DNA from: a virus
Taxonomy: Duplodnaviria > Caudoviricetes
IMG/VR virus record: IMGVR_UViG_3300004806_000027
Coordinates: 1-60,083 of that record
Direction: 5' to 3' (one strand)
DNA: 60,083 bases
A model generated the notes under the pieces. It had not been told where the DNA came from. It ran no database searches and saw only the letters and a program-made list of their open reading frames with translations. Numbering within the stretch: position 1 is the stretch's first letter; the number at the start of each line of letters is the position of its first letter. Made by a program: the position numbers and the translations under genes. Shown here in pieces: positions 44,801 through 53,884 of this stretch.

Positions 44801-44984
44801 AGCACCGGTCGGGACAAATAATCCTTTGCAGCCCTATGCCCTTTTCACCGGGGATATTTATAACAATATCAATGATGGGCTGGGTGGGACTAAGGGGCAA
44901 ATTGCGGTCCAGCAAACGCAACCTTTACCTTTGACGGTTTTGGCAATGGTGCCATGGTTTGATGTTGGGGATAGTGCCGGGTGA
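41835..44984 (+). CDS. Tail tubular protein B / nozzle
   Basis: NAGELSPSLFGRTDL, QSADVM, YPG..YFQQR, AWSRH, GLNHLEG, QPLPLTVL. Confidence 0.93.
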   Translation: MTAPILQNALNAGELSPSLFGRTDLDKYRKGCSTLRNFFASYRGGAASRAGTAFVGQCKQGSLGNNAALPPVLIPFQYSVTQGIALEFGDNYLRFAIDGAYVTETPIPIYGFNNVSPALISVNNLWAPGDWVYASGIGGIPEVNGRLFVIGTRSPIGVTLLDPLTGGNVDATNWPLWTGGGTLARIYEVSTPYAASDLPLLKWTQSADVMTLTHPSYPPYDLTRINYNNWTLTQTSFDVAIAAPTALFASASSVTTSTTSFYYQYVATAVDAVTGQESIASPPYTVASVNISAQAGTIRINCNPVTTAESYNFYRAPVSYASPPVGGQIYGYIGTSRGVCFTDANITPDYTVSPPIHTNPFATSSVTSINVTNPGSGYSTAGVTVSISSTNGSSFAGTVVVIDGQIQWVTIDNGGHGYSTSDTLSFIDSTGSGAQGTIQVGPSTGTYPGVCAYFQQRRFYASTYNNPDTYFASQPGAFTNMDRSIPTKADDAIVGTPWSQQVNGIQWMINMPGGLVVLTGRGAWQLSGSGQSGTAITPSNQFAAPQAYTGCSPTIRPIPVNFDILYVQEKGSIVRDLSYNFFTNIYTGTDLTVLSNHLFDGHTIVRWDWCEEPNKLLWAVRDDGILLNLTYLKEQDVYAWSRHDTNGLFKSVCSISEPPVDAAYFVVQRYIPGAGVNAYYLERMNDRLWETIDDAWCVDAGLSYTQNQPETYASVLSATGTPTLQQPVLAYGGQNYSDTTYARIDDPTGSGAIGTVTVTAGAITAVGVIGTLTGYTNPKFVVVDPTNQGGGAVVNIFSLNVTTFSTSAAVLSNTAGYGQAGDVIRIGGGLLTVLSYIDSSHLSVQVVRPITQTFPNDPNNLPIPQSPGTWSIATPITTVYGLNHLEGMTVSILADGVVQAPQVVSGGTVTLSVAASNIVVGLGFTAQLQTMYLDFPAQVTVQGRRKVAYNATVRVENSGSVFEVGTNQPDQSVQPGNATVTWSNMTQFAAPVGTNNPLQPYALFTGDIYNNINDGLGGTKGQIAVQQTQPLPLTVLAMVPWFDVGDSAG

Positions 44985-45433
44985 GGTATCAAATTGTTCC
45001 CGCGCAATTAAATCACGTTTCGATGTTGGCAGATAAGCTGCGTCGGGGTGATAAATTAGAATTAACGTCCGTGGGCATGTCGCCCAATCGGGCGCTGTTT
45101 AAGGCGTTTCGTGGTAGCATTATTCGACGCACGGCATTTGTTGATGGCGACATTGCGTGCATGTTTGGGGTTGGCGGATCGGTCTTATCGGGTGTGGGTT
45201 ATCCATGGCTTTTAACGTCTGAGGCTATTGAGCGCGTGCCATTTTCTTTTGTAAGGGAAGGGCGGCGCGAAGTGGCCAAGATGCAAGCAATGTTTCCTTT
45301 ATTGGAAAATTATGTGCTGGCATCCTACGTGCAAGCCTGTGGGTTTCTTTTGATTCTGGGGTTTGATCTTGGTCCGCCCGTTGAATTTGGACCAAAGCGG
45401 GCCTTGTTTCGGCGATTTGAATTGAGGCGGTAA
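44981..45433 (+). CDS. T7 gp13-like (acetyltransferase-fold) internal virion protein
   Basis: LRRGDKLEL, PWLL, LENYV and LGF motifs; position after the nozzle. Confidence 0.8.
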   Translation: MRYQIVPAQLNHVSMLADKLRRGDKLELTSVGMSPNRALFKAFRGSIIRRTAFVDGDIACMFGVGGSVLSGVGYPWLLTSEAIERVPFSFVREGRREVAKMQAMFPLLENYVLASYVQACGFLLILGFDLGPPVEFGPKRALFRRFELRR

Positions 45434-45970
45434 ATGTGTGAACCAACTACATTAGCAATTGCAGCATTGGCAACGGCGGGTGTGGGGACTGGCGTTTCGA
45501 TCCTTGGCAATATTCGTCAAGGCGAAGCGCAGCGAGCGGCGGCAAATTATCAAGCTCAAGTCGCGCAAAATAACGCCATTATCGCCGGGGAAAAGTCGCG
45601 GGTGGCGTCTGTTGCGGGCGAACAGCAAACCGCCAATGAAGGGCAAAAAAATCGGCAAGAATTGGGGGCTATTAAGGCCGCTCAAGCTGCGTCTGGAGTC
45701 GATGTTAATTCCGGGTCATCTGTGGACGTGCGGTCATCGGCGGCGGAAACCGGACAATTAAACGCTTTAACCGTTCGATCCAATGCCGCCAAGCAAGCCT
45801 ATGGCTATGACCTTGAGGGTGCTGGGTTTCAGGCGGATTCTCAATTGGATACGCTCAAAGGCGAGAATGCGGCGGCTGCGGGACAGATTGGCGCGTTTAG
45901 TTCATTGTTAAGCGGGGCATCTTCACTATCCGGTCAAGCGGCTGGGTATAAAATGGCCGGTGTGATCTAA
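45434..45970 (+). CDS. Ejection (internal virion) protein, T7 gp14-like
   Basis: MCEP + hydrophobic N-terminus; AASGVDVNSGS. Confidence 0.85.
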   Translation: MCEPTTLAIAALATAGVGTGVSILGNIRQGEAQRAAANYQAQVAQNNAIIAGEKSRVASVAGEQQTANEGQKNRQELGAIKAAQAASGVDVNSGSSVDVRSSAAETGQLNALTVRSNAAKQAYGYDLEGAGFQADSQLDTLKGENAAAAGQIGAFSSLLSGASSLSGQAAGYKMAGVI

Positions 45971-48315
45971 TGCCCATTGCAACGCCCGACGCCATACCGA
46001 GCGTTCAACCTAACGGACCATCCGGTGGGTTTTTGAATGTCAATGCGTCTCCGGATGCGTTTGGCGCCGGGGTTGCGTCTGCTATTTCGGGATTGGGTCA
46101 ATCGGTTCAGCATGCCGGTCAAGAAGCTGGTGATATTGCCCTGAAACAACAAGGCATGCTGAACGAGACAATGGCCACAAATGCCGAAACAACTTATATG
46201 GACCAATTGTCCAAATTGAGCGCGGCGTATAAGTCAAAAGAGGGCTTGGCGGCGGTTGCGGCCCTTCCTCAATATAGTCAAGACGTTCAAGATTTACGTC
46301 AACAATTGTTAGAAACGCTGCCCAATCCTGCGGTTCAAAAAGCGTTTACCACATTGGCATTAAGGCATGAGGGTTATGCGCTTTCGGATGCCAATAATTA
46401 TTCCGCGACCCAAGTTAAAAAGGCGGACGCGGATTCCGCCCATGCGTCGGTTTTAACGGCTGTCTCAAGGGCTGGGGATTCATCCATTGCCGCCAATGAC
46501 ATGCGGTTTGAAGATATTTTGCATGACGTGAATTTTGGCGTGGCGCGTCAAATGCAAACCCAAGGATGGGATGCTGGTACGGGCATGACCCAACAAGATG
46601 ATGGGTTGTTATCATTTGACGACAGCGAAAATGGCAAGCGGGCGTCGTCCGTTTATCAATCCGTTCGAGATACCGCCGTGGGTAAGGCATGGGAAGAAAG
46701 ACTGCGCACGCTGTCCAATTCCAATGTCGATATGGCGGCAAAATTGTTTCAAGACAATCGGTCGCGCATTCCCGGCACGGCTCAAGTTCAGATTGAAGCG
46801 TTTTTGCAGCCCAAGATTAAAGACGCGCAAACCCGGTCCATTGCCGATAATGTCATTGGAACAGCGACCCAGACATTTACCAATGGGCTGAATAAAGGGT
46901 CTAATAACCCTGGAAATATCAAATCTGCTTATGGCATTGCCAATAATGTGCCGGATTTTGAAAACTATGCGACACCTGCCGATGGGGTGAACGCGACGGC
47001 ATCCAATCTTCGTAATAATTACCGGGGAATGACACTTGCGGAAATCGGGCGCAAATGGGTGGGCAAGGATCAGCCACAAAGTGAAGTGGATAATTGGGTC
47101 AATAATGTGTCCAGGGCATCCGGGCTTGCGCCCAATGCGGTGCCAAATATGGATGACAAAACGGCGGTATCGTCCTTAATCAAGGCAATTGTTCCCGCTG
47201 AAAAGGGTCAAGCGGATCGAGCGGCGTTTGACGATACGTCCGTAACGCAAGGAATCGAACAAGCTTTCGCGGGTCAAAAACCGACCAAAGTTGCAAATGC
47301 GGCTGGGAACGATAACCGGCCCATGCTGACCTCGACGGATTATTTGCGGCAGAATTATGCGGCGATTGTCAAGCAAGCGGAAGATCAAGCGGAAGCGCAA
47401 CGGCCTGGGGATCAACAATTCAGGGATTTGGCCCGGTCGCGGGTTGAGCAGAGATTGGGTGACCAAATCCGCCAACAGGAAATGTCTTATAAGGCGGACA
47501 ATGATTTGGTCGTTCAGGCTGTCAGCGGGGAATTAAACCGGACGGGTCAAAAACCCACGTCTATTGAACAACTGACCTCGATTAGTCCTGACGTGAAAGC
47601 CGCGTGGGAACGGTCAATGGCGCATTCTCCGCAATTTGCCACGAGCATTCAAACACATGTTTTGACGGCAGCGGCGCATGGAGTGAACAAAGACGCGGCG
47701 TTGTATGGCAAGGATTTTCCCGATTTGGTCGCGCAAGTTTTGGCGCCGTCACCTAATGGGCCACAAATTACCGATCCATCACAATTAATGCAGCATTTCA
47801 AAGATGGCGGGTTGAATTTTGAGGGGCTTAAGCACCTTCAAACCCTGATGGCGCAAAATGATTCCGAAAAGCAATTGCAAACAGAGTTTTTAAAAGCCGC
47901 CAAGGGTCAAATTACAGGCTCGAATGAGCACATGGGGTTTGTTGATCCCAAGGGGGATCAACTTTATCAAAATTTCTTGGGGTCATTTGTCGATGCTTAC
48001 AAAGAGGGTCGGGCAAAAGGCATTCCACCGGCCAAATTATTGAGTTTTGGAAACCCGGAATCTTTGGGCGAATTAACTAAAGGGTATGCGCGCCCGTTTA
48101 ATCAATGGCAAGCTGACGTATTGGTGGGCAATCCGCAATCGGTTGTCCCAACTCAGACGGCGCCCGTTAAAGCCGCTGCGGTGGATTTGTCCACAAAGGA
48201 AAATGTGCTAACGGCTTTCAATCAAGGCAAAATCACGCGCGACCAAGCGCGAAAAGCTTTGCTAGATAACAAATGGGCAACCGAAGCCTATAAGCCCACG
48301 GTGCCAATGCAATGA
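45970..48315 (+). CDS. Ejection protein with internal lysozyme-like domain
   Basis: Helical 781 aa; NNPGNIK...YATPADG...IKAIVPAEKG segment aligns with the endolysin. Confidence 0.85.
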   Translation: MPIATPDAIPSVQPNGPSGGFLNVNASPDAFGAGVASAISGLGQSVQHAGQEAGDIALKQQGMLNETMATNAETTYMDQLSKLSAAYKSKEGLAAVAALPQYSQDVQDLRQQLLETLPNPAVQKAFTTLALRHEGYALSDANNYSATQVKKADADSAHASVLTAVSRAGDSSIAANDMRFEDILHDVNFGVARQMQTQGWDAGTGMTQQDDGLLSFDDSENGKRASSVYQSVRDTAVGKAWEERLRTLSNSNVDMAAKLFQDNRSRIPGTAQVQIEAFLQPKIKDAQTRSIADNVIGTATQTFTNGLNKGSNNPGNIKSAYGIANNVPDFENYATPADGVNATASNLRNNYRGMTLAEIGRKWVGKDQPQSEVDNWVNNVSRASGLAPNAVPNMDDKTAVSSLIKAIVPAEKGQADRAAFDDTSVTQGIEQAFAGQKPTKVANAAGNDNRPMLTSTDYLRQNYAAIVKQAEDQAEAQRPGDQQFRDLARSRVEQRLGDQIRQQEMSYKADNDLVVQAVSGELNRTGQKPTSIEQLTSISPDVKAAWERSMAHSPQFATSIQTHVLTAAAHGVNKDAALYGKDFPDLVAQVLAPSPNGPQITDPSQLMQHFKDGGLNFEGLKHLQTLMAQNDSEKQLQTEFLKAAKGQITGSNEHMGFVDPKGDQLYQNFLGSFVDAYKEGRAKGIPPAKLLSFGNPESLGELTKGYARPFNQWQADVLVGNPQSVVPTQTAPVKAAAVDLSTKENVLTAFNQGKITRDQARKALLDNKWATEAYKPTVPMQ

Positions 48316-51300
48316 CCGATCAGCCGTCATCTGTCGATGATTTATTGGATGCGCATGCGCCGAATCAGTCAATGGACGTTGATTCATTGCTGGATCAGCA
48401 TGCGCCTGCTCAACCTGGGCCATTTTATCCGGGTGTTGATGCGCGTCTGCCAAAAGTGCCGCCTATTCAGCCTTTAGCCAATACGTCTGACCAATTTAAT
48501 CAATGGTTCAAGGGGACACCGGAAGGCAGGATTACTGATGCTTTTGTGGGCGGCGTAAAAACCGGCTGGGAAGGAATGGCGTTGTCTCCGGAAAGCGAAG
48601 ATTTCTTTAAAAAACTGGGTTGGTTTAACGATCCCAAAAAACCCAGTTTCATGGGTGGGTTTAATGATACGTTCATGCGCCCTGCGGTCATGGCGGCAAA
48701 TGCAGCTTTAAGAGTAGGTGCGGCGGGGTATAGCGGCGTCCAAGCGGGTATCGTTCAGGCGGGTGAAGAAGCCAATAATGCAACGGGTGGCGTGTTTGGC
48801 TTGAATAAGCTGGGACGGGACGTAACGGGCATTATGGACATGGAAGCCATGGGCTTTCCATTTGGGTCAAAGTTTCATCCGGCACCGGCAAAGTTTTGGA
48901 ATGATGCCATTAAGAACAAAGTCATTGGCGGGGATGACGCGGTTTATTTTGGACTGAAAGAACCTGAACCATTGGCCGATGGTGCATTGGCGGATGATTT
49001 AAAATCCAGTGTCAAACCGTTAGAAGATCAGCTTGCCGAACAAGGGGCGGCTGGGGCGGAGGCTCAAGCGACACCGGAGGCAACGCCGGTTCAAGCCACA
49101 ACGCAAGAAGCACAGCCGGATATTCATTCTATTGCGCGTCAAATTGATCCCGATACGTTTGAAAAATACGATGCTTTGGTGGCGCGGCGCGATACCTATC
49201 GCAAATGGCTCAATGAGCTGTCGGAAACGCGCGATGAAGCACACGCTAACCGGGAAGATGTAAAATCAATCAATAGCGAAATTGACGATATTTTAGCCAA
49301 GGTTAATGGTGTCGAAGATCGTTTGACCAAACGTCAAGCGGGCCGGTTATCTGATTTGCGGGATCAATTGGACGAAATTGAAAGCACGGCCAAGCTGGAT
49401 TCGCCGGACATGGCGCGCATCCGCCGCGTGCTGCAAGAAAATGATTATAAAATGCGCGATTTAGCGCCGGATGTGACAAAAGCATATCGGGAAGCGCAAG
49501 AGCGTATGCCGCAAGAAGCCGCACCGGAAGTCGAGCAAGCCGTTGATGAGGCGCGCGTTCAGGGCCGGGAGCAAGGTGAAACGGAAACTGCGCAACCGAA
49601 AAATGAAACGGTCACTGAAACGGCCAAGCCGGTCGAGACTAAACCGGGTGAACCTGCGGCGGAGGGTGTAAAGCCTGACGAGACACCGGCCAAAACAGAA
49701 TTGCCGATTGAACAACAAAAGGCGCAAATTGCCTCTAGGGTCGCGCGTCAATTGGAAGATGCCGGACGGCCAAGGGATGAAGCGGAAGCCGCTGCTCAAT
49801 TAATCGCGGCAAGGTATGAAACACGGGCGGCGCGCATGGGCGGCAAGCTGGGATCGCCGTTGGAATTGTTTAACCGGGATGGGGCCGTCATCCAAGCCGC
49901 GCGCGAACGTGTGCGGGAAATGGCGCAAAAAAAGGATCAAGCGCCGGAAATCACGGCCAAGGAATATGAGCAAGCCAAGCGGGGTTCTGTTCAATTCCGG
50001 GAAAATAAGACAATTATCAAACTGTTCAAGGGCGCCGATGCGTCAACTTTTATCCATGAAACCGGCCATAAGTTTCTAGAAGAAATGATGGCCGATGCCG
50101 TTCATGAGGCTGCACCGGATCAAATTAAGGCGGATGCTGCAACGGTGCGTAAATGGCTTGGGGTTAGCGAGGATGAGGCCATACCGACGCGGGCGCATGA
50201 AAAGTTTGCGCGCGGGTTTGAACGTTATTTGATGGAAGGCCGCGCGCCAAGCCAAACCCTAGCGCGGGTGTTTGATCAATTTAAACAATGGCTGACCAAG
50301 ATTTATGAAACCGTGACCCGGCTGAAATCGCCTATCAATGACGATATTCGGGACGTGTTCGATAGGCTTTTGTCAACCAACCCGGAAAAGGTTACAATAG
50401 CGCCGGATCGTGCTTTGGGGGCTGATTTTGCAACGCTGCATGAAGGCGATGCGGAACACACGCCGGGGAACCAAGCAAAGGTCGTTGGCGATAGGGTGCG
50501 TGATGAGCGTCACGCGGTAGCTGATGAACATGCTTCGGAGATTTCGGATGAATTACAGCCTGGAAGAATTGGAAACGGACCTGGCGAAAGCCCGGCACGA
50601 AGTGAAGGTGCTGACAGTGGCGTCAATGCGTCCGGACCTGACACCGGAACAAATGGCGCTATACAAAAATCTGGAACGGTCGGCGCGGGCGGAGGTCAAG
50701 CTAAGGTTGAAGGCATTGGACCACCACAAGAGTCAAACCTAAAATTTGGCCCTAGTTCAAAGCAAAAGCTTTATTCCAAGGTTCCTGCGCGCCCTTCGAC
50801 GCTAACCGATTTTGTTCGATCTTATGGCGGAATTGGCAATGATCGGGGCGATATTGCGGCATTGTTTGGTGGCAAGCGTAATGGCGGGGTGCTGCGCAAA
50901 ACGGGCAAAGATATTGACCGGGTGGCGCAAGCGGCGGAAGAAGCCGGGTTTTTCCCTGAATTGGGCGGTGAACGTCCCACGATTAATCAATTTTTGGAAA
51001 AGCTAACCCGTGACGTAAACGGGGACCATCAATTCTCCGATTTTGATTATGACAAGGTTAAAGCCTATCAGGATGCTTTAAACCACAATTCCGAAGTGGA
51101 TCGAATTGCCGGGGAATTGGGCATTAAAGCGGACGGCATGTCGCATAGCGAGTTCTGGAATGAAGTTGCCAGCCGCATGTCAACCGAAGAACAATTAAAG
51201 GAAATTCATTCTCAGGAAGCGGATTTTGAGCGCGAATTGCGCCACGCGGAAGAATGGGCCAAGTCTCATTTAGAAGCCAAAGGCGATGCTTGGGAAGGTG

Positions 51301-53792
51301 ATAACGTGCCGGATTACGACAATCCGCGCACCGAGGAGGATTTGGAAAATGAATACCGGGCGGAAGAATCTGCTAGAGGGCCGATCAAGAGCGCGGATGA
51401 TGGCGGGCAATCAGGACCTGCCGGAGGAGGTGCGGTCGATGTTCAAGAAAGCAGCGGATCACGCGGACGCAGCACTAGGTCTAATGGGAGCAAGACAGAA
51501 TACCCAGCCGGACCCAATGAGCGGTTCGCAACCGATGAATCAGACCTTGTAGATAAGGCCGGGAATATCCGGTTAGATAATCTCAATACACCGGAAGATG
51601 TAAAAGAAGTTTTGCGTCAAACGGCGGCGGATAATGAAGATTTCATGGCCGCACGGCGGGGCGTGATTTCTGCCGGGGAACAATTGGACCTGGCCGATGC
51701 TTTGGGCATGAATGCGGCAAAACTCAATTGGCGCCGGATCGGGGAAGCGTTCAACGCCGAACAAATCCTTGCGGCTCGAAAGCTGTTAATTCAATCTGCG
51801 ACGGAAGTGCGTGATTTGATGGCAAAAGCGGCCAATGGATCGGATGCCGATGTGATGGCCTATGCCAAAGCGCGGCAACGTCACTTGATGATTCAAGAGC
51901 AAGTGGCGGGGATTACGGCGGAAGCTGGCCGGGCGTTGGGAGCATTCCGTAAGCTGGAAGGGTCGGCGGATGCCGAAGCGTTGGCGCAATTCTTCCAAAG
52001 CACCATTGGCCGGACACCGGAACAACTAAGGCAAGAAGCGCAATTTGGGATGAACCTGCAAACGCCGGGACAAGTGGCCAAGTTTGTTAATGATTCCGCC
52101 CGTGGGTCGATCAAAAACGCCATATTGGAATATTACGTTAATGCTTTGATTTCGGGGCCGATAACCCATGCCCGGTATTCGGTGGGCAATGCGTTAAATG
52201 CCTTGGCGCGTCCTTTGATCGAAATTCCGGTGGCGTCTGCGGTCGGCGCGGCGCGCGAGGCTTTGGGCTATGAGGTCAAAAATCGAGTTTATTTAGGTGA
52301 GGCGGGCGCGCAATTATACGGCATGATGAAGGGATCATCCGATGGCTTAATGGCGGCAACGCAAGCGTTTAAAACCGGCATTTCCCCTGCATTGCCTGGG
52401 GAAAAGGTATCTGGTCATTTTACCGATATGAACACGCGGGCCATTCCGGGCAAGGTTGGCGAAATTATCAATGTGCCGTCCAAATCGGTTGCGGCCATTC
52501 ACTCGTTTTTTAAATCCCTGCGATATGAGCAAAACATTCAATCTTTGGCCTATCGGGAAGCCATGAATGATGGTTTGACCGGGGATGCGTTCAAAGGACG
52601 GGTTGCGGAATTAACTCAAAAGCCGACACCGGAAATGATGATTGCTGCAAGTGCGGATGCCATGAAAGAATTATTCATGGCGCCTGCGGATTACAATTCG
52701 TTTTCAGGGAAATTAACAGCTGCGGCCAATTCAAACCTAGCGGCAAAAATCATTGTGCCGTTTATGAAAATTGGCACCCAAATAACCCGCGAAGCATTTA
52801 TTGAACGCTCGCCCATTGGCTTATTGGATAGGGACGTGCGCGGCAATTTGTCCGGGCAAAACGGCGGGTCTGCTCAAGACATGCAATTTGGCAAAATCGC
52901 CACCGGCACGGCTTTAATCGGTACATCCGTCATGATGACCTTAAATGGGTTGATGACCGGGGATGGCCCTGCTGATCCCAATGAGCGCCGTGTGTGGCTG
53001 ATGGCCAATAAACCCAATCACATTACCATTGGCGATGTGTCGGTGGCCTATGACCGTCTGGGGCCGTTTGCCATGCTTATGCGGTTTGGGGCCAATATGA
53101 CCGAAGCCGCGCATGGCTGGGATGGTGAAGATGGCACGGTTTTAGCCAAAGCGGCGTTTGAAGGGTTTAATAAAGCGGTGTTGGATGAAACCTTTATGAA
53201 AGGATTGTCTGACATGCTGAATGCGGTGTTTCATCCGGAAGAATATGGCGAAAGCTATATTCGAGGGATGGTCATCAATTGGATGCCGTTTAGCGTTGGC
53301 ATGAGTCAAGTGGCTCACGCGGTCGATCCGTATCAACGCGAAGCGCGGACCTTATTGGATGCCGCCAAGGCCAAGGTGCCGTTTGTCTCAATTGGCCTAT
53401 TGCCCAAACGAGATATGTTTGGCGAACCAATCCCGCAAAGTGGCACGGCGGATCGTTATGCCAATGATTCGGTGGTTAAGGAAATGAACGCCTTGGGTCT
53501 GGGGGTTGGGAAATTGCGCCGGTCAATCCGAGGGCAGGATTTGACCGATGAGCAATATGACCAATATGCCCAGACGGCGGGCCGGTTAGCCAAAATGCGA
53601 TTAAACGCTTTGGTTCAAAATCCGGGCTGGCAGCAAATCCCCAAGAATATCCGGGCGGAAACCATCACCAAAACGATTTCATCCAGCCGGACGGCTGCGG
53701 CAAATATGATTGCGGCTCAAAGTGTCGGGGGGCCAAACGACATTATCAAAGGTGCAATGGAAGATAAAATGCGGGCTAGGAATGGCGAATAG
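48312..53792 (+). CDS. Giant (1826 aa) ejection / polyvalent protein with zincin-like motif
   Basis: ADASTFIHETGH...HEKFARGFE.YL.EG motif; C-terminal helical/membrane region (IVPF, RDMFGEP) typical of large podovirus ejection proteins. Confidence 0.85.
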   Translation: MTDQPSSVDDLLDAHAPNQSMDVDSLLDQHAPAQPGPFYPGVDARLPKVPPIQPLANTSDQFNQWFKGTPEGRITDAFVGGVKTGWEGMALSPESEDFFKKLGWFNDPKKPSFMGGFNDTFMRPAVMAANAALRVGAAGYSGVQAGIVQAGEEANNATGGVFGLNKLGRDVTGIMDMEAMGFPFGSKFHPAPAKFWNDAIKNKVIGGDDAVYFGLKEPEPLADGALADDLKSSVKPLEDQLAEQGAAGAEAQATPEATPVQATTQEAQPDIHSIARQIDPDTFEKYDALVARRDTYRKWLNELSETRDEAHANREDVKSINSEIDDILAKVNGVEDRLTKRQAGRLSDLRDQLDEIESTAKLDSPDMARIRRVLQENDYKMRDLAPDVTKAYREAQERMPQEAAPEVEQAVDEARVQGREQGETETAQPKNETVTETAKPVETKPGEPAAEGVKPDETPAKTELPIEQQKAQIASRVARQLEDAGRPRDEAEAAAQLIAARYETRAARMGGKLGSPLELFNRDGAVIQAARERVREMAQKKDQAPEITAKEYEQAKRGSVQFRENKTIIKLFKGADASTFIHETGHKFLEEMMADAVHEAAPDQIKADAATVRKWLGVSEDEAIPTRAHEKFARGFERYLMEGRAPSQTLARVFDQFKQWLTKIYETVTRLKSPINDDIRDVFDRLLSTNPEKVTIAPDRALGADFATLHEGDAEHTPGNQAKVVGDRVRDERHAVADEHASEISDELQPGRIGNGPGESPARSEGADSGVNASGPDTGTNGAIQKSGTVGAGGGQAKVEGIGPPQESNLKFGPSSKQKLYSKVPARPSTLTDFVRSYGGIGNDRGDIAALFGGKRNGGVLRKTGKDIDRVAQAAEEAGFFPELGGERPTINQFLEKLTRDVNGDHQFSDFDYDKVKAYQDALNHNSEVDRIAGELGIKADGMSHSEFWNEVASRMSTEEQLKEIHSQEADFERELRHAEEWAKSHLEAKGDAWEGDNVPDYDNPRTEEDLENEYRAEESARGPIKSADDGGQSGPAGGGAVDVQESSGSRGRSTRSNGSKTEYPAGPNERFATDESDLVDKAGNIRLDNLNTPEDVKEVLRQTAADNEDFMAARRGVISAGEQLDLADALGMNAAKLNWRRIGEAFNAEQILAARKLLIQSATEVRDLMAKAANGSDADVMAYAKARQRHLMIQEQVAGITAEAGRALGAFRKLEGSADAEALAQFFQSTIGRTPEQLRQEAQFGMNLQTPGQVAKFVNDSARGSIKNAILEYYVNALISGPITHARYSVGNALNALARPLIEIPVASAVGAAREALGYEVKNRVYLGEAGAQLYGMMKGSSDGLMAATQAFKTGISPALPGEKVSGHFTDMNTRAIPGKVGEIINVPSKSVAAIHSFFKSLRYEQNIQSLAYREAMNDGLTGDAFKGRVAELTQKPTPEMMIAASADAMKELFMAPADYNSFSGKLTAAANSNLAAKIIVPFMKIGTQITREAFIERSPIGLLDRDVRGNLSGQNGGSAQDMQFGKIATGTALIGTSVMMTLNGLMTGDGPADPNERRVWLMANKPNHITIGDVSVAYDRLGPFAMLMRFGANMTEAAHGWDGEDGTVLAKAAFEGFNKAVLDETFMKGLSDMLNAVFHPEEYGESYIRGMVINWMPFSVGMSQVAHAVDPYQREARTLLDAAKAKVPFVSIGLLPKRDMFGEPIPQSGTADRYANDSVVKEMNALGLGVGKLRRSIRGQDLTDEQYDQYAQTAGRLAKMRLNALVQNPGWQQIPKNIRAETITKTISSSRTAAANMIAAQSVGGPNDIIKGAMEDKMRARNGE

Positions 53793-53807
53793 CTAGACCT
53801 TAACCGC

Positions 53808-53819
53808 TGCGTCGGGTTA
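53808..53819 (+). promoter_or_regulatory. Late-motif copy upstream of the tail-fibre operon
   Basis: TGCGTCGGGTTA; partial second copy TGCGTCGG at 53847. Confidence 0.6.
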
Positions 53820-53884
53820 AAGAAGTCTTAGGCAAGAGCGCAAAGATGCGTCGGCCATAACATCCCTTGGCGGAAAAGGTGCAA

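Noticed and set aside
25456-48315. T7-like lytic (Autographiviridae) assignment
   Set aside because: No RNA or DNA polymerase gene is present; integrase, cI/cro and a lambdoid replication module are.
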